Made by a program: the position numbers and the translations under genes. The notes beneath the pieces are model-generated. The model saw nothing but the letters and a program-made list of their open reading frames with translations. It ran no database searches and was not told where the DNA came from. A DNA stretch of 64,000 nucleotides from Octopus sinensis (taxonomy: Eukaryota), in contig NC_043002.1 of assembly GCF_006345805.1 (NCBI RefSeq), forward strand, positions 18,538,001 through 18,602,000, written 5' to 3'. Positions 52,625-64,000 of this stretch are shown here, piece by piece (positions within the stretch are counted from its first letter, which is position 1; each line of letters begins with the position of its first letter).

Positions 52625-53552
52625 CTCCAAAGATTTGGTCGTCATTAACGATTCGAAATATTATCCAGTGAAGAGATTGTTAATTCCACCTTTAAGAAAA
52701 AAATCATTTTGGTAATTATACAGGGAATCCGATGCAATTTCCAACCAGGTAATTTGTAAGGAGTTTAGAGATAAATGTCACTGTTAGTGATAATGAGGAG
52801 ACACTAATTAATAACATAACAGTGAATTCTCAAAGAACGTTCTGATTGACCAATGCTATAAACGAACACACAGCAATTGAATACTCCGTCATTTTAGACG
52901 ATGGACTTTCCAGTTGTTTGATAAATAGAATTCCGTATTCATCGAACAATAGTGTAACCGGCTGAGTATTGCATAGGTATTATTTCCCTTTGACCTCATT
53001 CTCATACAGAGTCGATTTAAACTGTATATATTATCAAAGAATAATAGTATGTTTTTGTTGAGGGGTTGAATAATATAGATAATAAACACTTTTGTCAATT
53101 AATAAAGTTCGTGGTATTAGAGCTCTCGCCTATTACCAAATCTTTCTCCAAAAGTGTTTAGAAGTTAGTCTTTTACTCTTTTACTTGTTTCAGTCATTTG
53201 ACTGCGACCATGCTGGAGCACCGCCTTTAGTCGAGCAAATCGAACCCAGAACTTATTCTTTGTAAGCCAAGTACTTATTTTATCGGTTCTCTTTTGCCGA
53301 AACAGCATCGGTTGTCAAGCGATGTTGGGGGGACAAACACAGGGACACAAACATACATCACACACACACACACACCACACACACACACACACACACAACA
53401 CATACATACATACATACATACATACATACATACATACATACATACATACATAAATACATGCATACATACATGCATACATACATACATTACATGCATGCAT
53501 GCATGCATACATAATACATACATACATACATAATACATAATACATACATACA

Positions 53553-53583
<31 letters not shown>

Positions 53584-54345
53584 CTCCAAAGATTTGGTCG
53601 TCATTAACGATTCGAAATATTATCCAGTGAAGAGATTGTTAATTCCACCTTAAGAAAAAAAAATCATTTTGGTAATTATACAGGGAATCCGATGCAATTC
53701 CAACCAGGTAATTTGTAAGGAGTTTAGAGATAAATGTCAATGTTAGTGATAATGAGGAGACACTATTAATAACATAACAGTGAATTCTCAAAGAACGTTC
53801 TGATTGACCAATGCTATAAACGAACACACAGCAATTGAATACTCCGTCATTTTAGACGATGGACTTTCCAGTTGTTTGATAAATAGAATTCCGTATTCAT
53901 CGAACAATAGTGTAACCGGCTGAGTATTGCATAGGTATTATTTCCCTTTGACTCATTTCATACAGAGTCGATTTAAACTGTATATATTATCAAAGAATAA
54001 TAGTATGTTTTTGTTGAGGGGTTGAATAATATAGATAATAAACACTTTTGTCAATTAATAAAGTTCGTGGTATTAGAGCTCTCGCCTATTACCAAATCTT
54101 TCTCCAAAAGTGTTTAGAAGTTAGTCTTTTACTCTTTTACTTGTTTCAGTCATTTGACTGCGACCATGCTGGAGCACGCCTTTAGTCGAGCAAATCGAAC
54201 CCAGAACTTATTCTTTGTAAGCCAAGTACTTATTTTATCGGTTCTCTTTTGCCGAAACAGCATGGTTGTCAAGCGATGTTGGGGGGACAAACACAGGGAC
54301 CACAAAATCACACACACAACACACACACACACACACACCACACAC

Positions 54346-54350
<5 letters not shown>
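52440..54350 (+). repeat. Near-identical ~957-bp tandem duplication, possibly an assembly artefact
   Basis: 52621-53350 repeats at 53580-54300; differences are mostly single-base indels; junctions fall in (TACA)n/(CA)n. Confidence 0.9.
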
Positions 54351-54385
<35 letters not shown>

Positions 54386-54550
54386 CGACGGGCTTCTTTC
54401 AGTTTCCGTCTACCAAATCCACTCACAAGGCTTTAGTCGGCCCGAGGCTATAGTAGAAGACACTTGCCCAAGGTGCCACGCAGTGGGACTGAACCCGGAA
54501 CCATGTGGTTGGTAAGCAAGCTACTTACCACACAGCCACTCCTACGCCTA
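54125..54550 (-). mobile_element. SINE family A; further copies at 58220-58660(-) and 61153-61515(+)
   Basis: Full head-to-tail match to the family A consensus. Confidence 0.85.
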
Positions 54551-54750
54551 TATTTATATTTTTAATACAACAATTATTTTACACACATATATCTTTCTGA
54601 AGAATTTTCTAATATTGATTTCCTGATATTAATGATAATATATTATATAAAATATACATAATCGCTCGTATTAAATGCATAAATACTTTAATAGTATTAA
54701 TACTTTAATACAATAGAGCATCAATATAAATTTAGTATATAATATTCTCA

Positions 54751-55130
54751 TCTTTATTTATAAAAGTGAAGTTGTGTGTCTGTCTCCTACGATTTAGATT
54801 CCTAACTACTCTCACATTTTGCGGTGCAGTTCAACCAAAACCGGTTATCTTATAGTCGTGATTCATATCGAGCCCTTCTGGGTATTAGCGCGCGTCTACG
54901 ATGAGTCTACGATTTTAAAAAAAATTTACCATCATTTTTTTCCATTTTAATGCATTTTTTGCTATTATATAACTCTCTAAAAATGTCTACGATGAGTCAA
55001 CGATTTAAAAAAAAAATTACCATCATTTTTTTTTCCATTTTTAATGCATTTTTTTTTTGCTATAACTCTCTAAAATGCTTATATAGTTATTTCCCTTACA
55101 AATCCGAGCAACGCCGGGCGATACTGCTAG
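54751..55130 (+). mobile_element. Non-autonomous Helitron of the same family as 25302-26148
   Basis: A|TC start, shared first ~210 bp, hairpin ccgagcaacgccggg and CTAG|T end; no helicase remnant. Confidence 0.85.
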
Positions 55131-55432
55131 TTGAATATATTTAACTAAAGATTTATTACAATAAACAAGACGAAAATATAGAAAGGACCTTGGTAAAGAA
55201 AATACAATTAGATTTAAACACAGTTGTGCTTCAGATACAGTATGCATTCACAGTCTTACACAGTTACAAACACACGCACGTAACTCGGGTTTGAATTTGA
55301 TAATGGACTTGAGAATTAAGACTGGTCTGGACTGGATTGGTAAAATACATTTGCGTACTTTAAGAAAATAGGTGAACCTATAGTAACAAAAATGAAAGGT
55401 AAGTGCCATCATTGTGACACAGCATCACTTAC

Positions 55433-55778
55433 CTTGCCACATGAATGTACTGAAGGTGAACCAAAAGCTATTCATACAATTAAAACTGCTACGTTTTTCC
55501 GAATCAACATCCACGTCCGACGCGTTTGTCCATTCATACGGACTAATTCGACCGATTATTGCCAGAAAGCTACCGGTCAGTACATAAGCTAATATGATGA
55601 AACACCAAACAGGAGTTGTGAATGGTTTTAAAACAATGAAAAGTCCACGTGTCATTTGTATCGCCTCTGGTTTTTTAATAACGATTTTATATCCAGAACT
55701 TAGAAATGGAAAAGACATATCCACATGTTTCAAACGGTCTAAAGTGAGGGTGAGTGGAGCGGCAGCAATATCAGCATG
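55433..55778 (-). CDS. iGluR/IR-like gene copy B, exon 4 (end of S1, M1, M2 pore loop)
   Basis: ttttcAG acceptor (phase 0) and CAAG|GTAAGT donor (phase 1); 346 nt: HADIAAAPLTLTLDRLKHVDMSFPFL..KPFTTPVWCFI..RISPYEW..NSFWFTFSTFMWQ(G). Confidence 0.95.
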
Positions 55779-56999
55779 CTGAAAATGAAATAATTACTAC
55801 CTTTAGAATGGAAACTAGACCAATATCTTTTGTTTTGACTTCAAAGAGGACGTTAGAGGTTATTAATTTTAAGAAAATATGAATGAGTACAGTTTCTTGT
55901 ATTTGAAACCGAAATCGCACAAGATAAGTGAAAGAAGAGAACACACGGAGACGGAAAGTGTCATTGAAGAGGTCACAGATGTGTGACGAAAGATTTCCGG
56001 ACAATGGACATGAGTTAGAATAAGAACGGTGATAAACGAGTGAAGGACAAATATAAAGTGCGTGTGTTTATTTGACCAAAAAAATATGGCCATACAACAA
56101 TATCTGTTTCAACACACGATTTCACATCAGGAATCTTGCATCTCAAATCTAAGAATTTTAATTGATTTGCTTTTCGCAGGAAGGAAAGTTTCTTGTCGAA
56201 GATAAGTCTCGCTTTTATCCTTCGAAACGTAGAGTAGGTGAAACCATAGCGACTGAAGAAGGGGTTTTTTCTTTGTGTTAATTGTCCTGTACTCTATTTT
56301 TTTGTTGTTTTTAAAAAATGTCCAGTTCCTTTGGTTTGTGTCTATGTTTTCGTTTCTCATTGTGTTCGACGTCCTTTTGGTGTCCTGTACTCATATATGC
56401 GTGTATATGTACATGTAGAGGTAGGTACGTACATATATGTTTATATATATGCATATGTTTTATTTTATTTATTAATATATATATTTCAGCTCGCCCACAC
56501 ATACATACTCACACACTCGCCCCCATTCATGCATACACACTCACACAAACCACTCTCACATACACACGCGCGCAAGAGAATACATTCGTTTGACCGGGTC
56601 ATTGTCATTATCCCACTTTCATTCAGCCTCTTTCTTCTGGCTATTTCGTCATGTTGAATCGTTAATCTCAACAAAATATATTTTACCGGCCGAATGATAT
56701 TCATGCAGTGAATGAAGACAATTAGATTCTGTCTACTGAAATAGAAGCAGGATCACTGACAACGTTTTGCTCCGTGGATTTTAAACTGTGTTAAATCATT
56801 TTGAATGTCCATAATTTTGAAGTTCATGAATTCAGCAGCCAAAACAGTTTCTTTATAATGATGTAATGTTTTCATTAATCAATTAAAGGAATCGTTAAAA
56901 ACGACCTTAATGGATTTAGACCTGTACCTCTACTGTTACTCATTTATATATATAAAGGGAAAGTTTACGAAATAAACAAAGACGAAAGCAGGTGGTGTA

Positions 57000-57660
57000 C
57001 AAACAAACAGATGTATTAGTATAGCGCTCAGGAATAGAAAAAGTATTTTACGTTTCGAGCCTACGCTCTTCTACAGAAAGGTACACAGAATAAACAAGGA
57101 GAGAAAAAAAATGTGTGTAGTAGCTAACGATCTATCATGGCGTCAGGGCTGGTGGAAGTCTGGGGAGAGGGGGTGAGGATGTGTGGGGGGGTTGTTTGGA
57201 GGGAAAGTAGAGTTAGGTGTGGGTGGGTGGAGCCTATCAGGGGGGAGAAGGGTAGTGGAGGAGTTGGGGTAGTGGCGTCGGGTATGATGGAATGGAGGAG
57301 TGAGTGAAGTTTACGAAGTTTGGTGTTGGCAAGAAATTGATGAAAGAGATGATTTAAATTAATTATATAACGCAACGTGTTGTGAGCATGGAAAGGCGGC
57401 AGAGAGGAGAAAAAGATGGAAAAAGCAGGAAGGAGAAGGCGGTCGATGGTATGTACTTTAGAGAGATTGGAGCGAATGGTGGCACACATAAGGCGGTGAG
57501 ATGTGGTACGGAGTCTGGGTAGGATGGATGAAGCAGAGTGGAGAGCGGGGTGGAAATGGAGGCGGAAACATTTAGGGATGAGGCGGTGATGTAAGCAGCG
57601 GCTGAGAAAAGAGACGTGGCTAGAGAAGCGGGGTTTTTTTTTAAAGGAGTAGAGAGAGGT
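57000..57660 (-). mobile_element. Decayed retroelement fragment ending in a family F hammerhead-like tail, possibly Penelope-like
   Basis: Pro/Leu-rich broken frame followed by CTGTAGA-A-GAGC GTAG GCTC-GAAAC-GTA at about 57077-57047; family assignment is uncertain. Confidence 0.4.
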
Positions 57661-57765
57661 TATATATATACGCTAGAGAGATTAGCTTCAGAGCTTTATC
57701 GTGTTTATCAATATCTTTCTCAGTTGATAAGGATATATTTTCAAAGTAGTTTCAAGTCGCCTTAC

Positions 57766-57957
57766 CCCTGATATAACTTCTCCAATCATTCCGGTCCAGT
57801 TTCCATCTTCACGAATTTGTCCAAAGTGTCCGTCTTTCACTAAGTTTATCTCAAAGGTCACATTCATTAATGGAGCCATCTCAGCTAACATATCAACTAT
57901 GTAGCCATGCTGTTCTGTTCCACTTTCATGCTTTTCTTCCATGTAAAAGGGGTGTAT
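57766..57957 (-). CDS. iGluR/IR-like gene copy B, exon 3 (S1)
   Basis: ctctAG acceptor, GTAAGG donor, 192 nt: IHPFYMEEKHESGTEQHGYIVDMLAEMAPLMNVTFEINLVKDGHFGQIREDGNWTGMIGEVISG; in frame with exon 4. Confidence 0.92.
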
Positions 57958-58409
57958 CTAGAGAAAACAAAAACAACCCATTAAGCAAGAATATAAAGAT
58001 GTCGAGTAAAAAGACACTGAACTATGTAACCGTCACCTAATTTGTCAGTTACATGGGTGATAATGTATAGAAAGCAGCTGATAGCCTCAGATTTATAGTC
58101 TTGGTAAACGTTTCATTAACAAACTCACAGTGTGCATTGATTTAAACCCTATTGGTAACTGAAAAATAAAACGAAACATTAGCAGCATGAAGGCGCCATT
58201 ATTACTTAAATTCATAAGCGTCATACTTACTTGTTTTAATTATTGGACACCGTCCTGAAGGGTTTTTATTTGAAAGAATAGAATAAGTTTGGTGCTTAAC
58301 CTATCAGTCTCTTTTTTTCCAAACTGTTAAGTCACGGAGATGTAAAGAAACCAACACCGGTTGTCAAGCGCGGGAGGGGTACAAACACAGACACAAAGCC
58401 AGACACACA

Positions 58410-58499
<90 letters not shown>

Positions 58500-59817
58500 T
58501 AAGGCAGGTTCCTTTCGGTTTCCGCCTACCAAATCCACTCACAAGTCTTTCATCAATCTCGGGCTTCAGTAGACAACAATTGCCCAAGACACCACGCAGT
58601 AGGATTGAACCCAGAACCATTTCGTTGAGAAGCGAGCTTCTTACCGCAAGGGCATGCCCAAACCCATAAAAGATAATCAACCACGCCGAGACGCGAAAAC
58701 GCAACCTTCTGATTCGAAGTTAAACGCTTTGTGCAGCACACTGCATTAAAGATAATGATTGAAAATTATTTTCAAATTATGTATTAGTTTAATTTCAAAT
58801 TCTGGTATTTATATTAAATTATATTGAATTAGAAATTTAACCAGAGGGCAAGCTGTAGATATGAAGTATGGTAACAACCTAGACATGCTTCTGTCTTATT
58901 AGGCCTTCTCGCTATATTTTTTATCAGTATTTATCAGGCCCTTGATAACAGACATATAAACATTTTAAAGGAAGTATTTTAGTTCACTATTTTAAGTACG
59001 TTGACAGCAACCCTTCTTTTCTCATGCAGAGCAGAATACGTAAGTCGTTCATTTCCCATCCCTCACTCGCTCTTTGTTCCGATTTAGATACAAGAAAAGT
59101 GGTTAATGAGTAAAAGAAATTAGCATACAATTTATTACAATGATTCAGACAGATTTTATACTAGGAAGTAATATGAATAAAGCTAAATACTTTAGTGCAT
59201 ATAGTACTATAATCTTGCTACTTTATATCGTCCTTAATACAAGTAATAATTGAAATGGCTTATATTTGAAAAGCTGCTTCTGTTTCTACGATTATATTAA
59301 CCCTTCACTTCCAGGCCATGAATGTCGGTTGCTAACAAGGGATTCACACCTCGTTCGCCCGATCTATTAGAAATAACTATGAAATCTTCATATCATATTA
59401 TACCGTCTTGATAAGAGGAAGTATTAGACAAGGTACTCCCTATATATAAGATATTAGAGAAAAATCTGGATGATCAGGGTTAGAATACCTTCGATCCAAG
59501 GTCCGCTTGATCAGGGTTGACCTGGAAATAAACAGCAACAATAATAATCAACCATCTCCAGCCAGATGTATTCGTCTTTAAGATTTATTAAGTCACTAAG
59601 TTTTCTGCTTCGTATAAATCTTATAGAATGAAAGACTTTTATATTGGTTTCAGATATTTATCAAAAGCTTCTGATGTAAATAACAAACATTTTATATTAA
59701 TTTGAGTATTAATAGACGTCAGTATGAATAGAGATAATATTCTTAATTAGGTAGGCGATTCATCAGAAGTGATAAATTCTTTTAGAACCCGGACAAGAGA
59801 CAATAAAAAACACTTAC

Positions 59818-59856
59818 TTGGAACGTAGAAACCTTGATAACCTTTTTCGCGGGATT
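59818..59856 (-). CDS. iGluR/IR-like gene copy B, exon 2 (39-nt micro-exon NPAKKVIKVSTFQ)
   Basis: ttttattttctAG / GTAAGT splice sites, phase 0/0, conserved in copy A. Confidence 0.8.
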
Positions 59857-59888
59857 CTAGAAAATAAAAAGAAATCATTGCTTCATAA

Positions 59889-60106
59889 ATAGAAATATTA
59901 ATATTTCTAAGTCTCTCTAAAGGAGAGTACGGCAGCGGTACTGGATATTAATAGTTATCGCCAAGCTAATATGACACTCCAGAAATATAGGACGAATGCT
60001 GCGGTTGATTAACTTCAAGAGGCCATCGCATCTAGCTGGCTATGTGACACACGAACCTGTGTCCATTATAATGGACTGCCATGTTAGCTTGGCGATAACT
60101 ATTAAT
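59889..60106. mobile_element. Copy-B-specific insertion with a 12-bp TSD and an internal inverted repeat
   Basis: TSD attgcttcataa at 59877-59888 and 60107-60118; inverted arms at 59946-59981 and 60072-60107; absent from copy A near 2523. Confidence 0.75.
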
Positions 60107-62583
60107 ATTGCTTCATAATTATCTCATAAAATATTTCACAAAAATATTAAATTTTGAAATATTAGATAACTGACAACAAACATACATATTCTGAAAACTG
60201 GTCTTGGGGTAGGTTTTGTGTTGCCTTGGTTACGGAATTGAAGTTATACTGCTTGTCAGACATGGAAGCGACAATTTAACATGTAACATCACTTTTATTG
60301 AAGTTGTATCTACCTTGTTATTGTTGTTGTTGCTGCTGCTGTTGCTGCTGTTGCTGCTACTGCTGCTGTTGGTACCTATTTCATCCCCTTTTTAATGTTA
60401 CCGTTATGTAGAAGAAAGATCCAGCAAAATTATACTCAAAATTTTTCCATTTGCTCTATCCCGTCTCTTTCCTAAATTTAGTGTATCTAAAACTACACAA
60501 TCTAAAATATCTTTCATTTTTTAGGACTGTAAGGTGTGATTTCAGTTATTGCTACAACTGCGCAACATTCTTTTCCACCCTCTCACCCACTTCATCCCAA
60601 CCTTCTATTGTCCTTGCTTCAAGTCAACTGACCTTGCTTTTCCATATTTTCGACATTCATTCCCTCTTCGGTTTCTACTTTGTTTATGCATGCAGCAGTT
60701 CAACTGACAGAAACGTAGCAACTAACTTTAATCATACGGTTCTTCATTCCACATCTTATCATCCTTTGACATCACTTTTCTACCTTTTATTTCCTCGTTT
60801 CCATTCTGACATCCGAAGTAATGAGACCACTATTTTTTGTAGGCAAAGAACATTGTTTTTTATGGATTCTACCGTTTTACTTCCTATAGAATGTTCTTGT
60901 CTACGGCAATCACAGCTAGAATTTCCATCAAATACATCTGGTACCTTGATTACTCCTAATCTCGATGACTGGAAAAAGGAAATCAAGTGAAAATGAAGAA
61001 TAATGGAATTGCAAACGAATTACGTTAGATGTCAGAATTCATGTTTCACAAAGGCTTAACACGCAGAAAGAATTTAACAATATTGCTAAGAGTATCAAAA
61101 CTTAGTAACTTTTACAGTGGTAACAATATACGAAAATAATGACAAAATTAATGAGGCGCAGGAGTGGCTGTGTGGTAAGTAGCTTGTTTACCAACCACAT
61201 GGTGCGGGTTCAGTCCCACTGCGTGGCACCTTGGGTAAGTGTCTTCTGCTATAGCCTCGGGCCGACCAAAGCCTTGTGAGTGGATTTGGTAGTCGTATAT
61301 GTGTGTGCGTGTATGTATGTGTGTCTGTGTTTGTCCCCCTAGCATTGCTTGACAACCGATGCTGGTGTGTTTACGTCCCCATCACTTAGCGTTTCGGCAA
61401 AAGAGACCGATAGAATAAGTACTGGGCTTACAAAGAATAAGTCCCGGGGTCGAGTTGCTCGATTAAAGGCGGTGCTCCAGCATGGCCGCAGTCAAATGAC
61501 GGAAACAAGTAAAAGCTTCTTCTTACAACTTCACTTCCTTATTTGATGAAATTCCTTTATGCGACACTAACAATTCAATCTACACCATTTGCCAATATGA
61601 AGCAGGCTTTCTACTGGTGAAAACCCTTCGTCACGGATTCAATATGACCACATAAAGATAGATCTTTACAGCTGTTTCAAATATTCAGTGACTGATTGAT
61701 GCTATAATACATATCATGTAAACAAACGAGAGTTTAACTCTAACCTGTGACACTATTATATTTCTCAGGGCGCCTATATTTTTTAATATTTTTTACCAAA
61801 AGTCTCTTACTGTAGGTTTAACTTCCACATCAATTACTTTTGCCAGTTGCCTTAATGTTTTTGACAACCCAGTAACCAACTTCTTCTGTGGTAAATACTT
61901 TTCCTACATCACTGTAATCTTATTTATTCCGGAATGCAATTTTCTTCAAATGTTTATATGACCGTTGCCTGTTATTTGATATTTTCAAGGGCGAATAAGC
62001 TTGTATTACTTCTCTTATTATTTTTTACTTGACATTTTGTGGGGAAGGGAAATTGTCACAATGCACTATGATATATATATTACGCAAATTAGTGGTGGGA
62101 AAGACTCTTGCGCTACGGAATTTCGCATCACAACAATCTTTTCAAGAACGCAACACTTCGGTGTCGAAGTGGATTCCTATATATAACTTACGCACATACA
62201 CACATACATATTCATATCTGTGCGCACAGATAAATATAAATATAAGAGAGTGACCACTATATGGTCGACTCTAGCGCTAAAAATAGATCCGCTATGGTCT
62301 CTTATATTCATGTATAAATTTTTTATTGTATCCCTGGTTTTTATACGCTAAGCCACTCGGTGTTAAATTGATGGTATTATTAAATTAATATCCAATTTTT
62401 CACCAATTTTTCATATATATATATATAAATAATAGTAAAAGAGAGAGAAACCATGCGTCTTCCTTCATAGTTGGACGTGAAACTAGTTTTGTATTAGCCA
62501 CGCTAACCTTAAAATAGATTTCATTTATCTCGCTCGCCTTACATCATTTTCGTACCAAGGAGAATTGCCCTTGTTCTCAATAT

Positions 62584-62795
<212 letters not shown>

Positions 62796-62834
62796 ATACT
62801 CTTAAAGCCAGGAACTTTTCAGCATCCTCCCGTG

Positions 62835-62872
<38 letters not shown>

Positions 62873-62963
62873 ATATATATTTCCATTTTCCTGAGCGCCT
62901 AATAATAATAATACTGTAATTGTTCCACGTGTTGTTGTTTTTTCTGTTTTCCCGTTTGGATTA

Positions 62964-63008
<45 letters not shown>

Positions 63009-63077
63009 CATATTACTCTACCTCTTGTATTTGAGTACTCTTTTTTCCACCTTGTTTCACATTTATGTGTTTACTCC

Positions 63078-63137
<60 letters not shown>

Positions 63138-63539
63138 GGGGGGATGCTGAAAAGTTCCTGGCTTTAAGAGTATCTGGAAAGTTTCTTTAACAAATTTTGT
63201 ATATGTCTTGTTGGGACAATCGGAGTGATGTTGAGATTTTAGACTTAGCGAATTTTGTGAACTTAGGAGTTCTCATACGATGTAGCAAAATGAAGTGAAC
63301 AAGTGACGTAGCTAGTATGATGAAGGGATTTTAAAACACCGAATTGTAGGGGAACTATATTCTGGAAAAAGACTCCATCTTACAAACTGAAGTTAAGACA
63401 TAAAGGCTGACAAAAAAATGTAATATCCTCCTGGAATGCTGGGGGGGGGGGAATGAAGGTTAATAGAGTATTATGGAGTGAGAAAAATTGTTTTATCTAT
63501 ATATTTGAAATGTAATATATAAACTTAGAATCAACCTAC

Positions 63540-63620
63540 CTTAGCTTCTGCCAACGTGACTATACATTGAAACGATATCAGCAAGAAAAATCCCAAAGAT
63601 GCAAGATTTATGGAGAACAT
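63540..63620 (-). CDS. iGluR/IR-like gene copy B, exon 1 coding part (signal peptide)
   Basis: ATG at 63620, MFSINLASLGFFLLISFQCIVTLAEAK, donor AAG|GTAGGT, phase 0. Confidence 0.8.
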
Positions 63621-63696
63621 AAATTTCTTTAAAGACATTGACATTTTAACTGGTGATATAGTGGGGCAAATGATGCCTAAAAAGTGTATGAAATGT

Positions 63697-63731
63697 ACTG
63701 ACAGGGCAGTTTCAGTAAATTCGTTTTTATA
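63697..63731 (-). promoter_or_regulatory. Core promoter of copy B: TATAAAAA plus TCAGT initiator
   Basis: TATA starts at 63731 and the Inr A is at 63699 (32-nt spacing); same arrangement as copy A. Confidence 0.65.
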
Positions 63732-64000
63732 CCAGCGGTGACGGATTTCTATATATGGCTATGTCTCTCTGATATATTATTATCACAAGCACAGCGACAT
63801 CGACGTATTTGCTTACGTCCGTGTGTGTGTGTATGTGTGTGTGTCTGTGTGAGTGTGTGTGGTGTGTGTGTGTGCGTGTGTGTGTATATATGTGTGTGTG
63901 TGTGTGTGTGTGTCTATGTGTATGTGTGTGTGCGTAAACGGTTGTACGTATAAGTGTGTATTTTAACAAAGCTTAAAAGGTCTAAATGCCTGAGTTGCAT

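Noticed and set aside
60451-60990. 179-aa plus-strand ORF in intron 1 of gene B as a possible ATD exon
   Set aside because: It is on the wrong strand, starts at a non-ATG codon, is not conserved in copy A, and has no recognisable domain.

Overview
AT-rich, microsatellite- and retroelement-dense eukaryotic DNA. The SINE families and repeat landscape suggest an octopus genome; this is an inference, as no database was searched. Two main signals were found. (1) A tandem pair of minus-strand ionotropic glutamate receptor (iGluR/IR)-like genes about 55-57 kb apart. Copy B can be spliced by hand from a TATA+Inr promoter (~63,700) through five in-phase exons (63620->49286), plus a tentative terminal exon at 43787-43840, giving about 486 aa. 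Copy A contributes its promoter and first three exons (8593->295) and runs off the left edge. In both copies the signal peptide joins the ligand-binding domain through only a 13-aa micro-exon, so there is no amino-terminal domain. In copy B the glutamate-binding R/T/E residues are intact, the Q/R site is Trp, and SYTANLAAF is replaced by LYIGSMAAH. (2) Several unrelated short repeats carry minimal type-I hammerhead ribozyme motifs (CUGANGA...GAAAC, often with a palindromic stem III). They repeatedly occur as outward-facing inverted pairs. One is a circularly permuted ~560-nt monomer, and one has a tRNA-derived head with a copy abutting a decayed Penelope element. The remainder is decayed R4/Dong-type, RTE, Penelope, mariner and Helitron elements, MITEs, three tRNA-derived SINE families, a higher-order minisatellite and many simple repeats. 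Most entries in the ORF track are microsatellite or SINE read-throughs. All alignments and folds were done by eye.
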